Part shown: positions 9,044 to 15,104 of the stretch, piece after piece | Position numbering within the stretch: position 1 is the stretch's first letter | Layout: each line of letters starts with the position of its first letter | Assembly: GCA_964646985.1 (NCBI GenBank) | Contig: CAZYFI010000002.1 | Location: 1-46,703 of the forward strand | Direction: 5' to 3' | DNA: 46,703 nucleotides | From: an uncultured Bacteroidales bacterium | Lineage (GTDB): Bacteria > Bacillota_I > Bacilli_A > ML615J-28 > CAG-698 | Program-made: the position numbers and the translations under genes | The notes under the pieces: model-generated | Databases searched by the model: none | What the model saw: only the letters and a program-made list of their open reading frames with translations | What the model was told of the DNA's origin: nothing

Positions 9044-9077
9044 CAAAAATTAGGAGATTGGTGAAAACCAATCTCCT
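9044..9077 (-). terminator. Intra-operon hairpin between oppA and oppB (partial terminator or mRNA stabiliser)
   Basis: Perfect 11-bp stem aggagattggt (9052-9062) / accaatctcct (9067-9077) with a GAAA-type 4-nt loop. On the minus strand it is followed by AAUUUUUG. Confidence 0.6.
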
Positions 9078-9105
9078 TAATTTAATGTCTAATCGGCCGA
9101 ATTAA

Positions 9106-11523
9106 TTATCCTTCAATAGTTGCGTATAATACGGCTTCGGTTAATGTCCATTCAGCTGTTACATCATAGTTCTTTAGCTTAGGAGAATAGAAAGCGTGAT
9201 ACATATCAGAATACAATGGTAATGATGGTAACAAGATATTAAATCTTAATTGATATTGTTGCCAAGCTTCTAGGTATTCTTGATCATCAGCAGCTCTCAT
9301 CATTTTTAAAGCAGCATCAAGCATTTCTTGATCGAATAAATAGTTGATATTTGCGCCGCCGTCCCAGCCCCAATACTCAATAGAAACATCATAGTAAGGT
9401 TCAAATAAACCAGTATTGAAACCTGTACCTAAGTTAACCATATGGTATTCACGAGCGTCTGTTTCAGTTGCTTCGTATGCAGGGATATCTGCAACTGTCC
9501 ATTTGCCATCGCCATCTTCATCTTTTGGTAAGCCGTAGCCATCGCCATCAGCGCCATAATAATGAGTGTATAACAATGTGTTGAAATCCATTGGTTGATC
9601 TTTAATTTCCATACCAACTGCTTTTGCATTTGGTAATAATTGAGCACGAATTAAGTCAGATACTGGGTTACCAGTTGTATTTGCCCAAGGAACTGTTAAT
9701 TTTACAAGTTCTGTTCCGACTAATTTGTAACGAACTGAACTTCCATCAGCAGCTTGAACATATGCGCCACCAGTAGCATTCTTATTCCAACCAGCTGCTT
9801 CAAGTAATTGAACAGCTTTTGCTGGATCATAACTATATGAATTTAATGCAACTAGATTGCCATCTTTGTCACGGCCTTGTACAACGCCGTTTTCATCTTC
9901 AGATGCGCCAACCATCCATTGTGCTAAACCATATTGTCCATTAGGTAATACACCATATCCACGAGTGTATGTCTCTAAGAATAAGTTACGATTAATTAAG
10001 TAAGCAATTGCTTGACGAACTTCTACATCTGCTGTAGGTCCAGAAGGTGCATCACAGTGGAATGCAATGTGTCCGAAACCATTACGAGAGAATGTTGAGA
10101 AGTTAATATTGCCATAAGCAACTTCTTGTAATCCAGAAATGATAGCATCGCCACCAGAAACTGATTCAATGATGTCAATTTCGCCATTCAATAATGCTTG
10201 CATTTGTGTTGCAGTTGTAACATATTTGAACACGATATTGTCAATGTCTGGTTTTTGACCTTGATAGTCACCAACAAATTTGTCATTGATTTTTAAAGTA
10301 GCTGTTGAAGTTGATTCATCAAAATCATATAAAGAGTAAGGGCCGCAAGTAACACTAATGTCATAGCGGTATCCAGCGCCGTCTTTATCAACAGTTGCTG
10401 CTAAAGCTTCAGCTGTCCAAGTGCCAGAAATCTTCGCACCATTTGTTCCTTGTACTACATCAGCAGCTGGAGCAATGACATGCATTGGCCATGGAGCTGC
10501 AGAATAGTATAAGAACTCATAGTAGTAAGGGAAACGATCTGCGTTGATTGAAATTGAGAATTTATGTGTTCCAAGTAAATCAACACCAGCTAATTCAGCT
10601 AAACCATCAGCATTTTTAGCTGGGTCAGCAAAATCTTTACTACCAACGATATCACCAGTAGTAGTCAATGCTTTACCAATTGCTGTAGCAAATACAGGGT
10701 TAATTGATAATAACATTGGGAATACATAGTCTTTCGCATCAATTGCAGTTCCATCATTCCATACTAAACCTTCATTGATTTCGATTGTATAAGTCTTTGA
10801 TCCATCAGTGTTTTCAGTTACAACAAAGTCTTTTACAACGGTTGGGTCAATCATGTAACGAGCTGCTTCTTTTTGATAAGATACAGTTCCGTACCCAAAT
10901 GTTAATGAACGAATATCAGCATTAGTAGCATTGTTGCCCCAGAATGTTGAGAACATATTAACACCAGCTTCAGTAGTAGAGCCAACTGTTAATGTAGTTA
11001 ATGCTTTTACAGTTACAACTTTAGTTTGTTGTCCTACGCCAGCAAGTGCACAAGTAATTGTTGCAGTTCCGGCTTTCAAACCAGTAACAACACCGTTTGC
11101 AACGGTTGCAACAGTAGCATCGCTTGAAGTCCATGTGAATGCAGGTGATGGCTTATCTGTTGTAGCAGTCAAAGTCAATGTTTTACCAACTTTAACTGAA
11201 CTGTCTCCAGCTAAACTGAAATTGAATTCAGTAACAGAGATAATTATAGTTTTTTCGCCAACGCCTTCAACGCTAACAGTAATAACTACTTCACCAACGG
11301 CAACGCCAGTTACAACGCCGTTATTAACTGTAGCTCGAGCAGTATTGCTTGAAGTCCAAGTAAAGACTGCTTCTGGCTTTTCAGTCACAGGAACTAAAGT
11401 GATTGTTTCTCCGACTTTTACGGTTTGTGGGCCTGAAAGAGAAAGAGTATACGTCTCTTCTTTACAGCCAACAAAAACTAACGCAAGAGCCAAAAAGAAA
11501 ACTAAACTTAAGAATTTTTTCAT
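9106..11523 (-). CDS. oppA: Lipoprotein, family-5 solute-binding protein (OppA-like) with two N-terminal Ig-like (Big_2-like) domains
   Basis: Signal peptide and lipobox LVFVGC. Two units of about 75 aa match each other (…VKVGETITLVPVTEKPEAVFTWTSSNTARATVNNGVVTGVAVGEVVITV / …VKVGKTLTLTATTDKPSPAFTWTSSDATVATVANGVVTGLKAGTATITC). These are followed by an SBP_bac_5-like body of about 620 aa. It is the first gene of the opp operon. Confidence 0.8.
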   Translation of the reverse strand: MKKFLSLVFFLALALVFVGCKEETYTLSLSGPQTVKVGETITLVPVTEKPEAVFTWTSSNTARATVNNGVVTGVAVGEVVITVSVEGVGEKTIIISVTEFNFSLAGDSSVKVGKTLTLTATTDKPSPAFTWTSSDATVATVANGVVTGLKAGTATITCALAGVGQQTKVVTVKALTTLTVGSTTEAGVNMFSTFWGNNATNADIRSLTFGYGTVSYQKEAARYMIDPTVVKDFVVTENTDGSKTYTIEINEGLVWNDGTAIDAKDYVFPMLLSINPVFATAIGKALTTTGDIVGSKDFADPAKNADGLAELAGVDLLGTHKFSISINADRFPYYYEFLYYSAAPWPMHVIAPAADVVQGTNGAKISGTWTAEALAATVDKDGAGYRYDISVTCGPYSLYDFDESTSTATLKINDKFVGDYQGQKPDIDNIVFKYVTTATQMQALLNGEIDIIESVSGGDAIISGLQEVAYGNINFSTFSRNGFGHIAFHCDAPSGPTADVEVRQAIAYLINRNLFLETYTRGYGVLPNGQYGLAQWMVGASEDENGVVQGRDKDGNLVALNSYSYDPAKAVQLLEAAGWNKNATGGAYVQAADGSSVRYKLVGTELVKLTVPWANTTGNPVSDLIRAQLLPNAKAVGMEIKDQPMDFNTLLYTHYYGADGDGYGLPKDEDGDGKWTVADIPAYEATETDAREYHMVNLGTGFNTGLFEPYYDVSIEYWGWDGGANINYLFDQEMLDAALKMMRAADDQEYLEAWQQYQLRFNILLPSLPLYSDMYHAFYSPKLKNYDVTAEWTLTEAVLYATIEG

Positions 11524-11547
11524 TTTTTCCTCCCATTTTTTTCACTT

Positions 11548-11560
11548 GTGCCAATGGCAC
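11548..11560. promoter_or_regulatory. 13-nt palindrome GTGCCA-A-TGGCAC in the oppA 5' leader (candidate operator)
   Basis: Perfect 6-bp arms with a 1-nt centre, lying between the -10 box and the oppA RBS. The loop is too tight for an RNA hairpin, so a dimeric DNA-binding site is more likely. Confidence 0.35.
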
Positions 11561-11575
11561 TTTGTGATTAATCTT

Positions 11576-11604
11576 ATTATACACATCGAAAGGAAAGGTG
11601 TCAA
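11576..11604 (-). promoter_or_regulatory. SigA-type promoter of the opp operon
   Basis: On the minus strand, TTGACA (11604-11599), a 17-nt spacer, then TATAAT (11581-11576). This is an exact consensus. Confidence 0.7.
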
Positions 11605-11715
11605 CAAATATTTTTTCAGTAAGCGCTTTACTTTCATAATAATCTTCTTTTTGCTTGTTTTTGTTACAAAGAAATCGCTTACATCGCTATTTTCATGCAT
11701 TTTTTAAACTGCTAG

Positions 11716-11743
11716 TTGAAAAATATAAAAAAACGAGTATAAT
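11716..11743 (+). promoter_or_regulatory. SigA-type promoter of the trpS T-box leader
   Basis: TTGAAA (11716-11721), a 16-nt spacer, then TATAAT (11738-11743). Confidence 0.6.
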
Positions 11744-11749
11744 GATAAC

Positions 11750-11968
11750 TATAAACAATGATAAGGAATAGTATAGTGTTTGCCTCTTTGTAAAGCGAGT
11801 GTTGGATCGTGAAAGCAACGCCAAAAGCCCACTAGAATGGACCTTAGAGTGCAATGAAGAAATGCATTGACGTTTTGTTCGCGTTAAGAACTTTGAGTGT
11901 ATTGTTAACAATAAACTAAGGTGGTACCGCGGAATATTTCGTCCTTAATTCAATTAAGGACTTTTTTT
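11750..11968 (+). promoter_or_regulatory. T-box riboswitch leader, Trp specifier (UGG)
   Basis: Conserved T-box sequence AAGGTGGTACCGCGG (11919-11933). Terminator gtccttaatt/aattaaggac (11941-11961) plus a T-run. Stem-I GA/AGTA elements (gataaggaatagta). Candidate specifier GAA-UGG-A at 11838-11840. Confidence 0.85.
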
Positions 11969-11980
11969 ATTGGAGGATAT

Positions 11981-12973
11981 ATGAATATTATTTTATCAGG
12001 CGTTAAGCCCACAGGAATTCCAACTTTAGGCAACTATTTGGGTGCTTTAAGAAATTTTGTTAAGTTCCAAGACAAAATGAAGGACTATGATTTCTTTATT
12101 TTTGTTGCCGATTTGCACGCCATTACAACCCCACAAGATGCAACAGTGTTGAAGCAAAACATCAAAAATGTAGCAGCCCTCTATTTGGCTTGTGGTTTAA
12201 AACCCGAAAGACTCACATTGTTTATACAATCAGAAGTAAAAGAACATGCGGAACTTGCTTATATCATGCAATCGCTTGTGTATATGGGTGAATTAGAACG
12301 TATGACCCAATACAAAGATAAAATGGCAAAGCAAGTCCAAGGAGTTAGTGCGGCTTTGTTTACTTACCCTGCCCTCATGGCAGCTGATATTTTGCTTTAC
12401 GATGCAAAATTTGTACCCGTTGGCGAAGATCAAAGACAGCATTTAGAGTTAGCAAGAGACCTTGCCATTCGTTTTAACAATCGTTTTGGAAATACCTTTG
12501 TGGTTCCGGATGGACTCATTCAAGAAAAAGGAGCTAGGATCAAAGATTTGCAAGATCCTACCAAAAAGATGGATAAATCTGCTGATAATGATCGTGGTTG
12601 CATTTATCTTCTGGAACCTTTATCACAAGTGCGTAAAAAAATCAAATCTGCTGTAACAGATAGCGAAGCTCAAGTTCGCTATGACCTAGAAAACAAACCA
12701 GGAATCGCTAACCTAATGACCATATATTCTGTGATCACTGAGATGTCTTTCTCTGATATTGAAACAAAATATCAAAATAAAGGATACGGAGACTTCAAAG
12801 GTGATCTTGCAGAAATTGTTGTAAAAGAAATAGAAGGCATTCAAAATCGCTATCAATATTACATTCATTCTCAAGAATTAGATCAACTGCTAAATGCAGG
12901 AAGAGCCAAAGCTTCGCTATTGGCAAGTAAGAAAATAGCTCAAGTTTATAACAAAATGGGACTTGGACGTTAA
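11981..12973 (+). CDS. trpS: Tryptophan--tRNA ligase
   Basis: Collinear with B. subtilis TrpRS (GVKPTG..TLGNYLGA, VPVGEDQRQHLELARD, KKMDKS). True start is ATG 11981 behind GGAGG. The track start at 11921 (GTG) lies inside the T-box sequence. Confidence 0.95.
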   Translation: MNIILSGVKPTGIPTLGNYLGALRNFVKFQDKMKDYDFFIFVADLHAITTPQDATVLKQNIKNVAALYLACGLKPERLTLFIQSEVKEHAELAYIMQSLVYMGELERMTQYKDKMAKQVQGVSAALFTYPALMAADILLYDAKFVPVGEDQRQHLELARDLAIRFNNRFGNTFVVPDGLIQEKGARIKDLQDPTKKMDKSADNDRGCIYLLEPLSQVRKKIKSAVTDSEAQVRYDLENKPGIANLMTIYSVITEMSFSDIETKYQNKGYGDFKGDLAEIVVKEIEGIQNRYQYYIHSQELDQLLNAGRAKASLLASKKIAQVYNKMGLGR

Positions 12974-13002
12974 AAAACACCGGTTTTCACCGGTGTTTTT
13001 TT
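12974..13002. terminator. Bidirectional terminator between convergent trpS and fructokinase
   Basis: aaaaaacaccgg-ttttca-ccggtgtttttt: a GC-containing stem flanked by an A-run and a T-run. Confidence 0.8.
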
Positions 13003-13055
13003 GAATCTTGAATCCGTAATGAAGCATTCATTGTGAGAGATTTGCTATTTGTGTT

Positions 13056-13976
13056 TCATAGAAAACCAATAATCTCTTGGTAAGTTGGCAAAGCATCAAT
13101 CGCTCCTTTTTTTGTAGTCGTCAATGCTCCCGAAATGTTTCCAAATCGTAACAGTTGTTTAATTTGCCAATCAGATAAAGAACGAATATCTTTTTGATCA
13201 AGATTTGCTAAAACACCAGCATAGAAAGCATCTCCAGCTCCTGTTGTATCAAAGGACTTGACTACAATGGAAGATTCCTTGATTAATCGGTTGTTTCTAA
13301 AAAAGACGGAACCTTCTTTCCCAAGAGTCAAGAAAATCGTTTGATTTGGCCGAGCTATTTTTTTCAATCCCTCTTCATAATTAGCGTCTTGAGTAAAAAG
13401 GGTTAATTCGTCTTGTGATAGCTTTAGAAAATCAGCTAAACAAGCATAAGATTGATAAATTTCGATGGCCGTCTTTTGATTTACGAACAAATCATCTCGA
13501 AAATTGACATCAAAGCTTAGTAATTGGTGATTGTCTTTCACAGTTTGGATAATCTGATCAGCCAACTTTCTCCCTTTTGGTTCGCTTAACATGAGGGACC
13601 CCAAATGAACAATGTTTGCTTTTTTTAATTGAGCAAGACTGGTTTTAGGAATATGAAAATCAGCGGTATTATGACGATAAAAACTAAAATGGCGTTCACC
13701 GTCTTCATCATTTGCAACAAAAGCAAGAGTCGTATTATGCTTTGAATCTTCTGTAAGACAAAGATTGGAAAACGAAATAGTTGAAGCAAATTTTTTTAGG
13801 AATTTTCCCATTAAATCCACGCCAACATTGCCAATAAATCCGACCTTTCCGCCGAATTTCGCAATCCCGCAAGCAACATTAAAAGGTGCTCCCCCGGCAA
13901 AAGATTCGTATGTAACTGTTTGCTTGTTCTTGTTTCCAATTAAGTCAACGAGAATTTCTCCGATGCACACAATCAT
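13056..13976 (-). CDS. Fructokinase (PfkB family sugar kinase)
   Basis: 306 aa. N-terminal GEILVDL...FAGGAPFNVA and the C-terminal PfkB ATP motif DTTGAGDAF. Sits in the fructan locus. Confidence 0.85.
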   Translation of the reverse strand: MIVCIGEILVDLIGNKNKQTVTYESFAGGAPFNVACGIAKFGGKVGFIGNVGVDLMGKFLKKFASTISFSNLCLTEDSKHNTTLAFVANDEDGERHFSFYRHNTADFHIPKTSLAQLKKANIVHLGSLMLSEPKGRKLADQIIQTVKDNHQLLSFDVNFRDDLFVNQKTAIEIYQSYACLADFLKLSQDELTLFTQDANYEEGLKKIARPNQTIFLTLGKEGSVFFRNNRLIKESSIVVKSFDTTGAGDAFYAGVLANLDQKDIRSLSDWQIKQLLRFGNISGALTTTKKGAIDALPTYQEIIGFL

Positions 13977-13986
13977 AATCGTTTCC

Positions 13987-14949
13987 TCAAGTTGTTTCTC
14001 CTAATATAAAATTCGTCGGAACAAAGGTAAATACTTCGGATGGTTCGTTGTTCATCCTTTGAATTAACTGGTTAACTATTGCCACCGCCAAAGCTTCGAT
14101 GTCTTGCTTGACGACGGTAAATTTAGGATGTTGTAATATTTCGTCCATCACGCCATCAAAGGAAATAATTTTAATGTCTTCCGGGACTCTTTTTTCAAAT
14201 TGAAGGGCAATTTGAAAACAAGTGTTTGCGAAAGTATCGCTTTGAGCAAAAATGCCATCTAGCGTCGGGTTGTCTTGCAAAAATTTCTTTGCCACCACAA
14301 ACTCTTCGCCGTGATATATATTTTTGTAACATGATGTTGGTTCCATGTTGTATTTTTGCATAACATCTAAATAAGCAAAATAACGTTTTTGGGTCTCCGA
14401 AGGGGCACTTGACATCCCACCAATGTAACCGATATGTTTACAGCCCTTTTGAACAAGATGTTCAATGGCCTTAAATGTGCTTTCATAGTTATCGCTAGTT
14501 ACACAAGGAACATTATCTAGATGACGATCCAAAGTCACAATATTTAAACCTTGAAAATCAATATCTTGGTATAGGTGGTTGGTAATAAAAATGATCCCAT
14601 CTACTTGTCCGGTTTTAATCATGTTCAACAAATGGATTTCTTTATCTCTTTTTCCTTGAGAACTAACAATAATCATTTTAAACCCTTTTTGATACAAATA
14701 ATCCTCAATGTAAAAAGCAATTTTGCTAAAGAAAACGTGACTAATGGTCGGAACAAATAAGGCTACCAACCCCGATCGTTTGGCTTGCAAGTTTCGCCCC
14801 AATTGATTGGGGATATATTTTAAATCTTTGATGGCATCTTCGATTTTTTTTCGCGATTCCTCAGAAACATAACCATTGTTGTTGATGTACCGAGAAACCG
14901 TCCCAATGCCCACCCCAGCACGTTTGGCGACTTCTTTCATTTGGGCCAT
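13987..14949 (-). CDS. LacI-family transcriptional regulator of the fructan locus
   Basis: HTH MKEVAKRAGVGIGTVSRYINN plus a periplasmic-binding-protein-like effector domain. Start set to ATG 14949 (MAQMKEV) behind AGGAG. Confidence 0.85.
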   Translation of the reverse strand: MAQMKEVAKRAGVGIGTVSRYINNNGYVSEESRKKIEDAIKDLKYIPNQLGRNLQAKRSGLVALFVPTISHVFFSKIAFYIEDYLYQKGFKMIIVSSQGKRDKEIHLLNMIKTGQVDGIIFITNHLYQDIDFQGLNIVTLDRHLDNVPCVTSDNYESTFKAIEHLVQKGCKHIGYIGGMSSAPSETQKRYFAYLDVMQKYNMEPTSCYKNIYHGEEFVVAKKFLQDNPTLDGIFAQSDTFANTCFQIALQFEKRVPEDIKIISFDGVMDEILQHPKFTVVKQDIEALAVAIVNQLIQRMNNEPSEVFTFVPTNFILGETT

Positions 14950-15039
14950 AATTAATACTCCTAACAAAATAAATTTCTTAACTTATTATATCACTATCAA
15001 GAACATTTTTAGCAGATGTTTTCAAATTTTTGTATAAAA

Positions 15040-15087
15040 AGTAGTTCTTTCACAATACTTTTTTTATGCATTCATGAAAGAACTACT
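15040..15087 (-). terminator. Terminator of the fructan operon
   Basis: 13-bp stem agtagttctttca (15040-15052) / tgaaagaactact (15075-15087). On the minus strand it is followed by UUUUAU. Confidence 0.6.
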
Positions 15088-15104
15088 TGATGAATCAATT
15101 GAAA

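Noticed and set aside
11551-11572. TGGCAC in the opp leader as a sigma-54 -24 element
   Set aside because: No TTGCW -12 element follows at the required spacing on either strand. The TGGCAC is simply half of the palindrome.
10931-11707. 258-aa + strand ORF antisense to the 5' part of oppA
   Set aside because: It is the reverse complement of the T/V/A-rich Ig-like repeat region, which is stop-poor in antisense. It runs through the oppA promoter and leader, has no RBS, and has a low-complexity T/V/P composition. oppA on the other strand has clear homology.
11921-11980. Upstream extensions of track ORFs, such as the trpS GTG at 11921, and others at 5091, 14967, 27939, 35136, 37623, 38082, 38648, 39867, 42574 and 45277
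   Set aside because: The extensions lack an RBS. They overlap a T-box element, a neighbouring gene or a promoter. An internal ATG (TTG in the case of oppB) preceded by a GGAGG-like SD gives the canonical N-terminus in each case.
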